Position numbers and translations under genes: made by a program
NCBI GenBank assembly: GCA_030390025.1
Contig: CM059432.1
Location: forward strand, 50,594,001 to 50,658,000
DNA from: Squalus acanthias
Taxonomy: Eukaryota
Direction: 5' to 3'
DNA: 64,000 nt
Shown: one piece after another, positions 22,675 to 35,319 of the stretch
Layout: each line of letters opens with the position of its first letter
How positions within the stretch are numbered: the first letter of the stretch is position 1
The notes under the pieces: model-generated
The model's input: only the letters and a program-made list of their open reading frames with translations
What the model was told of the DNA's origin: nothing
Databases searched by the model: none

Positions 22675-25600
22675 ACTCACAACATAACAGATCAGGGTAG
22701 CAGGTCAGGATTACAGGTACCTGTTGATGCATGTGTCAGCATAGGGCTCTTGCCCTTGGGTTGAAAGGTATGGGTTTAAGGCCCACTCTGGTACTTGAGC
22801 AAATAATTTAAAGTGACACTCCAATGAAATACGGAAGGAGATAAGATGTTGAACTGATGCCCTGCCTATCTGTTCCAATGAATGTTAAAGACCCGAAGCA
22901 CTATTTAAAGAAGAGCAGGGAATTCTCTGCGTCCTAGCCAATATTCATTCCTCCCTCAATTAACAACAGCAGAAACAGATTGATGCACCACTACCCCTCG
23001 TCATATCTTATTGATTGGAAAATGACTGCCTACTTAATTATAACTGTAATGGATTGGAGCATTTCTGAGAAAAGTCCTTGAACATGCTGTTGCCTCCCAA
23101 ATCCGTGCACATCTTTCCCGCAACACATGTATGAACCTCACCAATCTGGTTTCAGCCCCTACCACAGCATTAATCAAATTCACAAATTACATCCTCTGTG
23201 ACTGTGGTGCACTATCCCACTTCATCCTTCTCGACCTATCTGCAGTCTTTGACACGGGTGACGAGACCATCCTCCTCCAATGCCTCTCCTCCATTGTCCA
23301 GCTGATCATGACTGCCCTCTCCTGGTTCCACTCTTACCTATCCAATCGTAGCCATGGCTTTTCTTCCCGCCCCCAAACCATTACCTCTGGAAGGGACCAA
23401 GGATCTATCCTTAGTCCACTCTTTTTTCTCATCTACATGCTGCTCCTCAGTGCCATCATCTGAAGACACGACATCAGGTTTCACATGCAGGTTGATGATA
23501 TCCAGCTTTACCTCACCACTACCTCTTTCAACCCCTCCACTACCTGTGTTGTCAGACTGTTTGTATGACATCCAGTCCTGAATGAGATAACATTTCCTCC
23601 AATTAAACATTGGAAAGACCAAAGCCATTGTCGTTGGCTCCCGCCACAAATTTGGTTTCCTAGTCACCGATTCCATCCCCCTCCCTGGCCACAGTCTCAA
23701 GCTGAATCAGACTGTTTACAACCTCGGAGTCCTATTTGACCCTGAGCTGTTCTTCTGACCCAATAACCTCTCTGTCACAAAGACTGCCTTCTTCCACCTC
23801 TGTAATGTCGCCCGTTTCCACCCTTACCTCAGCTCATCTGCTACTGAAACATACATCCATGCTTTTGTTACTTCCAGACTTGACTATTCCGATTCTCTCC
23901 TGGCCGGCATCCCATCTTCCACCCACCATAGACTTTAGCTTATCCAGAACTCTGCTGGGAGGGGACCAAGGATAGATCTGACTGAGCAGTTGTAACTTGG
24001 AGGTGGCTCAGAAGCAGAGTTCCCGCACAGCCGTGCAGTGGTCTGAGAGGTCCTGCACAGGCCGTTCACCGGCTTTTATAATGTAGATACCGCGCATGTG
24101 CAAAAATTTGAATGGCCTGTGCATTGGAGGAGGCAGGTCACGTGGGCGGTATTGTAGCTTACGGGGGACATTGCTCAGTTGGTGTATAAAAGTAGAAGGG
24201 TCTGCTAAGGCACAGAGCTATGGCACAGAGCGCAACGATAACTGAGTGCATCGTAAACAGAGTGGAAAGTTGAGAATTTGGTGAGAGTGAGACTCTCTGA
24301 TAAGTTGGTATTGGGTACTGTGCAATGAGAAGGGGTTAATTAATAATCTTGTTGTGCGGGGTCCTTTAGGGAAGAGTGACCATAACATGATAGAATTCTT
24401 CATTAAGATGGAAAGTGAAGAAGTCCAATCTGAAACTAGGGTCCTAAATCTAAACAAAGGAAACTACGAAGGTATGAGGAGTGAGTTGGCTATGATAGAT
24501 TGGGGAGCTTCATTAAAAGGCATGACGGTGGATAGGCAATGGCTAACATTTAAGGAACGAATGCATGAATTGCAACAGTTATACATTCCTTACTGGCGCA
24601 AAAACACAAAAGGAAAAGCGGCCCAACCATGGCTAACAAAAGAAATTAAGGATAGTATTAGATCCAAAGAGGAGTCATATAAAGTTGCCAGAAAAAGTAG
24701 CAAGCCTGAGGATTAGGAGCAGTTTAGAATTCAGCAAAAAAGGACCAAGAGACTGATTAAGAGGGGAAAAATAGAATGAGAGTAAACTTGCAAGGAACAT
24801 AAAAGTGGACTGTAAAAGCTTCTACAAGTTTGTAAAAAGAAAAAGATTAGTGAAGACAAATGTAAGTCCCTTACAGTCAGAAATGGGAGAATTTATAATA
24901 GGGAACAAGGAAATGGCAGAGCAATTGAACAAATACTTCGGTTCTGTCTTCACGGAAGAGAACACAAATAACTTCCCAGAAATGCTAGGGAACCAAGGGT
25001 CTAGTAAGAAGGAGGAATTAAAGGAAATTAGTATTGGCTGACTGTTCTTAAAGTAGATAAATCACCAGGAGCGGATGGGATGCATCCTAGGATGCTGAGG
25101 GAATTGAGGACGGAAATCACAGAGGTACTGGCCATAATATTCCATCCTCCATGGATACAGGAGTGGTGTCAGAGGACTGGAGAATCGCAAATGTTACACG
25201 CTTGTTCAAAAAAGAGTGTCACGATAAACCCAGCAACTACAGGCCAGTCAGTTCAACCTCGGTAGTGGGGAAGCTTTTAGAGATAGTAATCAGGAACAAA
25301 ATTAACAGTCACTTGGACAAGTGTGGATTAATTAAGGAAAGCCAGCACGGATTTGTTAAAGCCAAATCGTGTTTAACCAACTTGATCGAGATTTTTGATG
25401 AGGTGACAGAGAGGGTTGATGAGGGCAATGCGGTTGACATAGTGTACATGGATTTCCAAAAGGCATTCGACAAATTGCCACATAATAGGCTTGCCAGAAA
25501 AGTTGAAGCCCATGGAATAAAAGGGACAGTGGCAGCATGGATACGAAATTGGCTAAGTGACAGGAAACAGAGAATAGTGGTGAATGGTTGTTTTTTGGAC

Positions 25601-26285
25601 TGAAGGAAGGTATACGGTGGTGTTCCCCAGGGGTCGTTTCTGGGACCACTGCTTTTCTTGATATATATTAATGACTTGGACGTGGGTGTACAGGGCAAAA
25701 TTTCAAGATTTTCAAATGACACAAAACTGAATTGTTACAGCACAGTAGGAGCACTTTAGCAATCCCAATCCCCCGCCCTTTCTCCATAGCCCTGCAAATT
25801 CTTTTCCTTCAGGTACTTATCTAATTCCCTTTTGAAAGCCACGATTGAGTCTGCCTCCACCACCCTTTCAGGCAGTGCATTCCAGATCATAACCATTCGC
25901 TGCGTAAAAAAGTTTTTCCTCATGTCGCCTTTGGTTCTTCTGCCAATCACCTAAATCTGTGTCCTCTGGTTCTCGACCCTTCCGCCAATGGGAACAGTTT
26001 CTCTCTATCTACTCTGTCTAGACCCCTCATGATTCTGAACACCTCTATCAAATCTCCTCTCAATCGTCTCTGCTCTAAGGAGAACAACCTCAGCCTCTCC
26101 AGGCTTTCCATGTAACTGAAGTCCCTCATCCCTGGAATCATTCTTGTAAATCTTTTCGACACCCTCTCTAAAGCCTTCACATCCTTCCAAAAGTGTGGTG
26201 CCCAGAATTGGACACAATACTCCAGGTGAGGCCGAACCAGTGTTTTATAAAGGTTCATCATAACTTCCTTGCTTTTGTACTCTAT

Positions 26286-27119
26286 GGGCTAGATCTTGCC
26301 AGCCCTGGGGAGGCGAGTTTGGAGGTGGGACTGCCGGGAAAATGGCAGAATCTGGGGGCGGGTGCCCAACCCACCTCCATGCCATCTTGCCAGGAGGCGG
26401 GTAGCCGTCCCGCACCGGGTCTCCTCTCCTTGGAGGCGGGAAGGGATTACAGCCACTTAACTGCCTGTTAACAGGTAGTTAACAGGCAGAAAATAGGATT
26501 ATCCCCTTTTTGCCCAAACAAGTGTGGGCTTCCCGAAGGCTCCGAAACCCACCAGGGTCACTGAGGCGAGTAGTGGGTCTGCGGGGGTCGGAGGGGTCCA
26601 AAAGTGTGCTGTGGAGGTGAGTGATGGGTGCAAGTGTGGAGAGCTGAGTATCTGAGGTAAGTGCAAAGTGTTAGAAAAAGTGTACTTACCTTTGTTTCTT
26701 CCTGCAGGCTTCAGTCAGTGGGTATGCGGAGAGTCTCGCACCTCCGCGGAAGAGATGACAGATGGCCGTTGCATTCTCCAATGCAACAACCATCTAATTT
26801 CTACAAAAGAAAGATGTTTGATGAGGTCTTGAATTCAAGAACTCTTCAAAATACAGAGAATGTCAGTGTTTGACAGCTTCACAGAGCTGGCAAATGATGA
26901 CAATTCATCTGTGAAAAATTTTTGACAGATGAAACGTCATACGTTGACGTTCTCTGTAACCGGCTTTCCCTTAATTGACCTGCTAAGCCCGCCAGGCGGC
27001 TTAACAAGGCCAAGCAAGGGAAAATAGCGTGGGTTGGCCAAAAGTTGATGGAGACGGGACTGAAACCCGACAAGTGAGAGCCCCGCCTCCAAAAGCTTCC
27101 CATTGGCAAAATCCAGCCC
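26286..27119. mobile_element. Harbinger-type MITE (duplicate of 18114-18947)
   Basis: Same TIRs and TAT TSD at offset +8172. Confidence 0.88.
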
Positions 27120-29566
27120 TATGTGTCTATTTATAAAGCCCAAGATCACATATGCTTTTTAAACTGCTTTCTCAACCTGTCCTGCCACCTTCAACGATTT
27201 GTGTACATACACCCCCAGGTCTCTCTGTTCATGCACCCCCTTTAGGATTGTACCCTTTAGTTTATATTTCCTCTCCTCACTCTTTCTACCAAAATGTATC
27301 ACATCGCTCTTTTCTGCGTTAAACTTAATCTGCCACGTGTCCGCCCATTCCACCAGCCTGTCTATGTCCTCTTGAATTCTATCCCTATCCTCTTCACTGT
27401 TCACTATACTTTCAAGTTTTGTGTCATCCACAAATTTTGAAATAGTGCCCTGTATACCTAAGTCCAAATCATTAATATATATCAAGAAAAGCAGTGATCC
27501 TAATACTGACCCCTGGGGAACACCACTGTATACCTTCCTCCAGTCCGAAAAACAACCGTTCACCACTACTCTCTGTTTACTGTCACTGCCAATTTCATAT
27601 CCATGCTGCCACTGTCCCTTTTATTCCACGAGCTTCAACTTTGCTGGCCAGCCTATTATGTGGCACTTTATCAAACGCCTTTTGGAAGTCCATGTACACC
27701 ACATGAACCGCATTGCCCTCATCAACCCTCTCTGTTACCTCATCAAAAAATTAAATCAAGTTAGTTAAACACGATTTGCCTTTAACAAATCCGTGCTGGC
27801 TTCCCTTAATTAGTCCACACTTGTCCAAGTGGCTGTTAATTTTGTCCCAGATTATCGTTTCTAAAAGCTTCCCCACCGCCGAGGTTAAGCTGACTGGCCT
27901 GTAGTTGCTGGGTTTATCCTTACACCCTTTTTTGAAGCAGTTGTAATTCTCCATTCCACTGGCACCACCCCCATATCCAAGGAAGTTTAGAAAATCAGGG
28001 CCAGTACCTCCGCAATTTCCACCTTTACTTCCTTCAGCATCCTAGGATGCATCCCATCCGGTCATGGTGACTTATCTACTTTAAGTACAGCAAGCCTTTT
28101 TAGTACCTCCTCTTTATCAATTTTTATCCCATCCAGTATCTCAACTACCTCCTCTTTCACTATGACTTTGGCAGCACCTTCTTCCTTGGTAAAGACAGAT
28201 GCAAAGTATTCATTTAGTACCTCAGCTATGCCCTCTGCCTCCATGCATAGGTCTCCATTTTGGTCCCTAATCAGCCCCACCCCTCCTCTTACTACTTGTT
28301 TACTATTTATATGCCTATAGAAGAGTTTTGGATTCCTTTTTATGTTTTTATTAATTAGTTTAAAATAAACCAAGTGAATTAGTTACGTCAACTTTAATTA
28401 ATTAAATTTATAAAACAAGGTTAGATAGAGATGGCAGTGCAGGAGGTGTGCCGCATCAACAACATGTGGGAGTTTGTGGAGAGCAGAATGATCCCAGGCA
28501 ATCACATCTGTAGTAAGTGTGGAGGCCTTTGCCATGTCCAACAGGTACGGGTTACTTGCTACCGGTGTGGATGAGAACAAAGACTGCAAGGAGGATGGGT
28601 AAATTGAAAATAGAATACGAGAGTAAACTAACAAGAAATATAAAAACAGATTGTAAGAGCTTTTACAAGTATATACAAAGGAAGAGATTAGTGAAAGTAA
28701 ATGTGGGTCCCTTGGAGGCAGAGACAGGAGAAATTATAATGGAGAATAAGGAAATGGCAGAAACGTTAAACAAATATTTTGTGTCTGTCTTCACAGTAGA
28801 GGGCACAAAGAACTTACCAGAAATTGTGGGGAACCAAGGGTCTAATGAGAGTGAAGAACTTAAAGTAATTAATATCAGTAAAGAAAAAGTACTGGAAAAA
28901 TTATTGGGACTAAAAGCTGAAAAATCCCCTGGACCTGATGGCCTACATCCTAGGGTTCTAAAAGAGGTGGCTGCAGAGATAGTGGATGCATTGGTTTTGA
29001 TCTTCCAGAATTCCCTAGATTCTAGAACGGTCCCCATGGATTGGAAGGTAGCAAATGTAACGCTGTTCAAGAAATGAGGGAGGGAGTAACCAGGGAAACA
29101 ATGAGAGGCCAGTTAGCCTGACACCAGTAGTAGGCAAAATGCTAGACTCCCTATTATTAAAGACATGGTAACAGAGCATTTGGAAAATCACAATATGATT
29201 AGGCAGTTTTGGTCTTCTTACCTAAGGAAGGATATAGTTGCCTTAGAGGGGGTGCAATGAAGGTTCACTAGATTGATTCCTGGGATGAGAGGGCTGTCCT
29301 ATGAGGAGAGATTGCGTAGAATGGGCCTATATTCTATGGAGTTTAGAAGAATGAGAGGTGATCTCATTGAAACGTATAAAATTCTTAGAGGGCTTGACAG
29401 GGTAGATGCTGCGAGGCTGTTTTCCCCTGGCTGGAGAGTCTAGAACTAGGGGTCATAGTCTCAGGATAAGGGGTCGGCCATTTAGGACTGAGATGAGGAG
29501 AAACTTCTTCACTCAGAGGGTTGTGAATCTTTGGAATGTTCTAACCCAGAGGGCTGTGGATGCTCA

Positions 29567-31323
29567 GGGCTGGATTTTCCCTGCGGAGGCAGGATGGCGG
29601 CAGGAGAGCTAGTTGGCGGCTTCCGGTCCCGCTCCCGTATGCAGCCGCGCTCTGAAAAAAGATTTTCTGTAGCTTGGCCTTGTTAAGCCCGCCCTGCGGG
29701 GTTCCTGGCCAATTAACAGGAAGCGGGTCTGATGACGTCATTTGATGACGCATCATCAGCCGGTTTCCTTAAAGGGACCACGGACACATTGATATTGACA
29801 GTTGTGCTGTCAGTGTTCTGCGGCATTGAGCTGCTGCAAATACTGACAAGCACTGCACAAAGGTGCACGGCTGCACCCAGGCTCACACATGACTCCCTCC
29901 ATATGCTTATGGAGGGAGTCACAGCATGCAGGGAGATTCTCTTCCCTTCCCATGGGCGGAAGAGACCTCCCCAGGTGATCAACGCAATCTGATTGCACAT
30001 TGCACAGGAGGGCACAAGCAGGGATGTCGTCAGGAAGACCAGGCTGCAGTGGCACCAACCTTTCAATGATCTCAGTAGATCTCGACACGTTACTGCAAAG
30101 CCACACTCAACCTCACCCTGCTGTGCCACTCATCACATCCCCATCACTCTGCCTTTCATACCCTACTCCTGCACATCCTTACTCACACCAACTTACCTTG
30201 CACCTCCACCCATCCCTCTCTATCTACGTTATCACTTCCCCATCTCACTAGCCACCCCTCACACTCACCCTACTGCAAGCATACCAACTAACAACACACA
30301 AGGTAGGCACTTGAGAGGTTTAGCCTATGTTCCTGTGAAGTTTCTGTTAATGTGTTGTCATCCATTGAAATCTATATTTTCAACACTTCACCTTATTGAA
30401 CAGATTTGTGCGCACCTTGAGAAGTGTCTTACTGAGTTCAAGTGAATGTTGAGACATAACTCCCCCCTCCGCTATTGTGATGAGTGTGAATGGAAAGACT
30501 TCGACATTATAGGGGTGCTTTATGGTGCTGGTGTGGGATGGTATCAACCTGGCGCATCATGTGGCAGCAGGGTGCACAGCGTCAAGTGAAGTAAATCTGG
30601 CCATGGTGATGCCATCACTGGCCTCCCGGGCAGCAATGTTGTCAGGTGCTGATGCCCTGTGTCCTGTGCAGCATCAGGTGATGGCGGAGAGGTTGGTGTT
30701 GTTGTTGGTGATGCTGGTGATGTTGGTGTTGGGGCTGATCGTGGAAGGATTCAGCGGACCAAGGTGTGATTTTTTTCAAGGGCACCAATGTTGCTGGAAT
30801 TGATGGCAGCTGCAGTTGAGATGACAGAAGCGATCTGTCAATGGTGAGAGAGGTTGTTCCAATGAGGTGGCACTGGATATACAGTTGGCTCTAAACACTT
30901 GCAAGCTGAAGAAATCTCTATATGTCTTACAAATGCAGTAACCAACAGTTTCTGAGTTCTGAAACTGAAGAGCTGCAACATGGTATCCTTTATACCACTT
31001 CTGCAACTGTCAGGTTATCAGATAAATCAAAGCAGACTCAACTCATGACAGGGTGAGCTGGCATGTTCCCCGAGCAGCGGGTAACCTGTGGGGGAGCATT
31101 TAAATTACAAGGTAGGCTCAAAATAGCATTAAATTGGCTGTTAACAAGCTATTTAATGATATAAATTGTCTCCCCCCACCGCTTGGTGTCGGGTCAGTTC
31201 TGCGCAGACAGACCCGACACCTGGGAGACTCGCGTGGAGGCGGGTTGACAGCGGGTTCCCTACCCGGTCAATCTTTGCTATTTTGACAGCGGACCCGCCT
31301 CCAACACTGGCAAAATCCAGCCC
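29567..31323. mobile_element. PIF/Harbinger non-autonomous transposon, 1757 bp
   Basis: Perfect 12-bp TIRs GGGCTGGATTTT and AAAATCCAGCCC, TSD TCA/TCA. Interrupts the CR1 sequence GGATGC-TCA-GTCG. Carries a Myb/SANT-like remnant. Confidence 0.9.
29852..30082 (+). pseudogene. Harbinger Myb/SANT-like DNA-binding protein remnant (also ~21680-21910)
   Basis: APRLTHDSLHMLMEGVTACREILFPSHGRKRPPQVINAI*LHIAQEGTSRDVVRKTRLQWHQPFNDLSRS resembles the trihelix pattern RAPRF...LF...AWxxIA...RTxxQCRKRFNDL. A TGA sits where the conserved Trp is expected. Confidence 0.7.
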
Positions 31324-31478
31324 TCAGTCGATGAGTATATTCAAGACTGAGATCGATAGATTTATGGGCACTAAGGGAAAGTGGAGTTGATGTAGAAGTT
31401 CAGCCATGATCGTATTGAATGGCAGAGCAGGCTCGAGAGGCCATATGGCTTACTCCTGCTTCTATTTCTTATCTTCTT
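31324..31478 (+). mobile_element. CR1 3' end (continuation of the fragment ending at 29566)
   Basis: GAGTATATTCAAGACTGAGATCGATAGATT...CAGCCATGATCGTATTGAATGGC...TTCTTATCTTCTTA. Confidence 0.88.
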
Positions 31479-31813
31479 AGGCTGCACATATTATAGCTTG
31501 CACCAAGTCCCGTTCACTCATCACCTCTGTGCTCGCTGACCTACATTGGCTCCCAGTCCCCCAACGCCTCAATTTTAAAATTTTCATCATGTTCAAATTT
31601 CTCTATTTACTTGCCACTCCCTATCTCAGTAAACTCCTCTAACCCTACAACTCACTAGGATCTCTGCGTTCCTCCAACTCTGACCTCTTGTGTATCCCCA
31701 CTTCGCTCATCCCACCATTGATAGCCGTGCCTTTAGCTATCTAGGCCCTAAGCTCTAGAATTCCTGCCACAAACCTCTCCACCTCTCTCTCCTCGATGCT
31801 CCTTAAAACCTTT

Positions 31814-33302
31814 GGGCTAGAAATTCATTATAGCCCAGGAATGAGCGGTATCTTTAGAAAAATTTGAGAATTAGTGGCAGGCGCTAATGCTTTGGACTGC
31901 ATGCAAAATTTATTCTCACTGCTCAAAGAAATTATTGGGGTGCTAAATCAAATCTTAAAGGCCTAGCTCAGTGGCATTACACTCAAAGGGTGGATCAATA
32001 TCGGGTGCAGTCTAATCTCAACTCATCATTGCCACATGCTTTTCCCAGTACTTAAAGAGGAGGTTCATTGATACTGCAGCACCTCATTCTCAGCAATGCT
32101 GGCTGTGCAGCTGCCTCAGCAAGGAGAAGCTCCCTGATGATTGAAGCAGGTGTGCTCATGGCAGATCCACCTCAGTCGGGTGGTCAGGGTAATTGAAGGC
32201 TTCAACAAATGCTACATACCACCATCTGTACCACAAGCTTCACACACTGCCCAAAGCGCCACACCCCCAGCACTAACCCACAACAATCTCTACCTACCAA
32301 CACCCACATATCACGTCTTGCACACAATGACAGCTATTCAACTATGGCAGGCACAAGTGTCATTAGTTATTAGAATGAATGTGATATGTGATATGTTTAT
32401 GCATAAATTAATAATGGAGTTTGCAATATTTTGTGGTCTCTCTCATTTCACCTTTGCGCCCAGGAGGACGCTGTGATATGGCATGACACAGGGATGGTAT
32501 GATGGGCATGTGGTGAGCAAAAGGGATCTGGGGTTTAAGTGATTCTGCTGTGAGGCTGGAGGTCTGTTTGGAGGAGGTGGCAGAGTTCTGTGACCACCAC
32601 CTTGGTGATGCGGAGCCATCTAATACACTGCTCCTCGCTTAATTGAAGGTAGGAAAAGTGCTGTCGGAATACCCTCGGAGGGTAAAGCCTCCTGGTGAGA
32701 GCCCTGATGGCCCTCCTCATCCCTCTGCGCACATGTTCCCATATTTCTGGCTGCCTATGCTCCCTCTGCCATTAATCCTGGAGGGCGAGGTGGCATGACA
32801 GTACAGCCCCCATTAATGTTGCCAAGTGTAGCAGTTTGAATATTTGAACAATAAATGTAGCCACTTTGCACTTGCCAGAAGACAGCTGATAAAGAAGCAG
32901 CTTGAAATTACTCATACAAACTGCTCCACTGGCTGAAACTGACAAGAAGCCACTGAAACTAACCTGCCCTGACAGCTGCGAGTGATTAATGCTGATGCCT
33001 TTAAATAACGTCGCTGGAGCAGGCTTCCATCAGCTGTGCACCTACTCTCCCTGTCGCTGTCTGGTCGAGGCGCAAAGCTAAGTGGCGACAATGAATTTTC
33101 CAGATTGGGCAACCGGTGAGTGTTGCACACTCACTGACGTCACGATCTGCCTGGCGTTGAAGTTCCCGGCGGTACCTCGTACCGGCGGCGCAACGGGGGG
33201 GCGGATTTGCCGTGCGGCACCGGATCCGCCTCGCCCCAGCACTACTGCATCAGCGCCCCGTTACCGCCCTCTGCAGGCGCTAACCAAACAAATTTTTCCT
33301 CC
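31814..33302. mobile_element. PIF/Harbinger element with transposase N-terminal remnant
   Basis: Left end GGGCTAGAAATTC, degenerate right end AAATTTTTCCTCC, flanks TTT/TAT. Splits an L2 tail. Confidence 0.7.
32535..32732 (-). pseudogene. Harbinger (HARBI1-like) transposase N-terminal fragment
   Basis: RRLYPPRVFRQHFSYLQLSEEQCIRWLRITKVVVTELCHLLQTDLQP fits the N-terminal RVFR...LSDExxxRxxRF...xLCxLLxxDL pattern of Harbinger transposases. Confidence 0.7.
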
Positions 33303-34498
33303 TATGTTTTTGACCAAGCTTTTGGCCACCTCTCCTAATGTCTCCTTCTTTGGCTCGGTGTCAATTTTTGTACGCTTACACTTCTGTGAAGTATCTTAGG
33401 ACATTTTACTATGTTAAAAGGTGCTATATAAATGCAAGTTGTTGTTGTAAGTTGACATCTTATTCAAAAAGCAGCCTTCAACGATGCAGTACTCCCTCAG
33501 TGTCCCACAGAAATGCCATCTTAGATGATGTCATCTCAGAGATAAAAGTGCTACCAACTGAAGTAAACTGACATACATATGAACACATTTACTATATGTA
33601 ACACAGCTGTTCTTGGTATTCAATTACAACTGAGAGTGATACAGGCACATGTTAAGGTACAATGTCAACTGTACCAAACTGGCATGACAGTCATAACATT
33701 GGAGGGGAAAGCAAACCAACATGAGGGATTCTGCATTCAGATAGGTGGGAAAACACTTCAAAGTATCTCAAACTTCATAATGCTAACATTCTATGGCCTA
33801 TACTTACCTGTACAATATTGTAACAGTTTTATAATGATACAACAGTAATTTTAAAAATTGGCACAGAATTTTAAGCTGCATAGCAAAGCTTGAAGACAGT
33901 TGTAACTTAAAGGGAAAAAAAATCACAGTATAACAGAATGCTGAAATTCCAGTGGCAAAACTCAGAACATTTTAACAAAAAAAAACCAAAAAGAATTGTT
34001 AAAAAAATAACTAACTTAGCGTTTTTAAGGGTGTAAAGAAAATCAAGGTTAAATATTAATTTATTTTGTGTTTTCTACCATATGTTGGGGAATACAGTAA
34101 ATGATCAGAACCTTATTAATTGCATTACATAGAGAATACACATCCGAAACTCATGGTTTGTGCAAAATAATTGGCCCATGCAATATGTCTACGCAAGTAC
34201 CCCCTCCATTAACAGCACAGAAAAGGGCAGATTAATAACACGGCTCTGAGGGCACAGTAGGTGTACAGTGAATATCTGAACCATACAGACCAGAAAAATC
34301 CCAGATTTGGTCCCAGCTCTGCACTAAATTAGCTGATCTTAGTCCGTTGGTGGTCTTGAGTGCCTTGGTTTAGGAAATGGAAAATTGGCCAGGATTCCTG
34401 CTCATAATTGCTACCCAGTCAGCCTTGATTAAATGTGCATGAAGACATGATCAGGCTCTGCTGTAATGCCCCTGGATTGAGTACTCTGCTGACACTAT

Positions 34499-35319
34499 GG
34501 CCAGAATTTTGCTGGCGCTCAGGGGGTGGGTTTGAAGGCGGGACATCCGGCAAAATCACAAAGATTGACAGCGGGCCTCAACCCGCCTCCAATCAATCTT
34601 CCCAAGTGTCGGGTCCCCGATTTGCGCATGGACCCTACACATAGCGGCGGGAAGAGGATTATAGCCACCTAACTGCTTGTTAACAGGCAGTTAACAGGAT
34701 TTTTCCAATTTTGACACTTCTACTGCGGGCTTCCCGACGTCCGGACACCATGCCAGGTAAGTGTGGCGTGTTGTGAGTCTGCTGGAATGTTTATGCATTG
34801 ATGACAGCTGCAGAAGTGGTGTGAAGGATCCAATGGTGCACTGGTGAGTTTCAGAGGTAAGCAAATGTTGGGAATTTCATTTTTAATGCATTTAAACTTT
34901 TCTGTAGGTAACAAGTTTTGAATTGTATGTATAGTCCCACCTCATTGGGAGAACCTCTCACCAGTGACAGATCGCTTCTGTAACCTCACCTGCAGCTGCC
35001 ATCTGTTCTAGCCCAAGGAGGGAGTCACTGGAGAGCCTGGGTGCAAGAGCTCACCTGTGAACAGTGACCTCAATGCTGTCAAACACTGAAAAATCAACTG
35101 TCAAAAAAAATTGTGCGTGGACCCTTTAAGAAAACCGGCAGATGACGCATCATCAAGTGATGTCATCTGACACTGGCTTCCTCTTAATTGGCAGGGCGGG
35201 CTTAACAAGGCCAATTGACGTAAAATTACGTCTGTGGGCCGGATGTAGTTGGGGCGGGACTGGAACCCAGAAGGTAGCTGACCCGCTCCCAAGCTGCTTT
35301 GAAGCATAAAATCGCGGCC
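34499..35319. mobile_element. Harbinger-type MITE, 821 bp
   Basis: Ends GGCCAGAATTTT and AAAATCGCGGCC, TSD TAT/TAT. Internal blocks are reverse-complement homologous to 29567-31323. Confidence 0.8.

Larger units (their letters stand above)
22675..30845. repeat. 8.17-kb tandem duplication, copy 2
   Basis: Matches copy 1 up to ...GATCTGTCAATGGT (30845). The only difference I spotted is one missing A at ~30300. Confidence 0.98.
31480..33450 (+). mobile_element. L2 3' fragment split by the 31814-33302 insertion
   Basis: CTACATTGGCTCCCAGTC (LHWLPV motif)...CCTTAAAACC | ...TTTGACCAAGCTTTTGG...GGTGCTATATAAATGCAAGTTGTTGTTG tail. Confidence 0.75.

Noticed and set aside
22471..22680. His/Gln-rich ORF (HQHHQHHQQQHQ)
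   Set aside because: Low-complexity TGG/TGC/TGT tract inside the Harbinger element; its start depends on the duplication junction.
29732..30445. Domesticated host MSANTD/NAIF1-like gene
   Set aside because: In-frame stop at the conserved Trp, eroded motifs, and enclosure by TIRs and a TSD indicate a transposon relic.
14502..30845. LTR retrotransposon or duplicated host gene
   Set aside because: Copies are directly adjacent with no internal gag/pol or TG...CA ends, and contain only repeat fragments.
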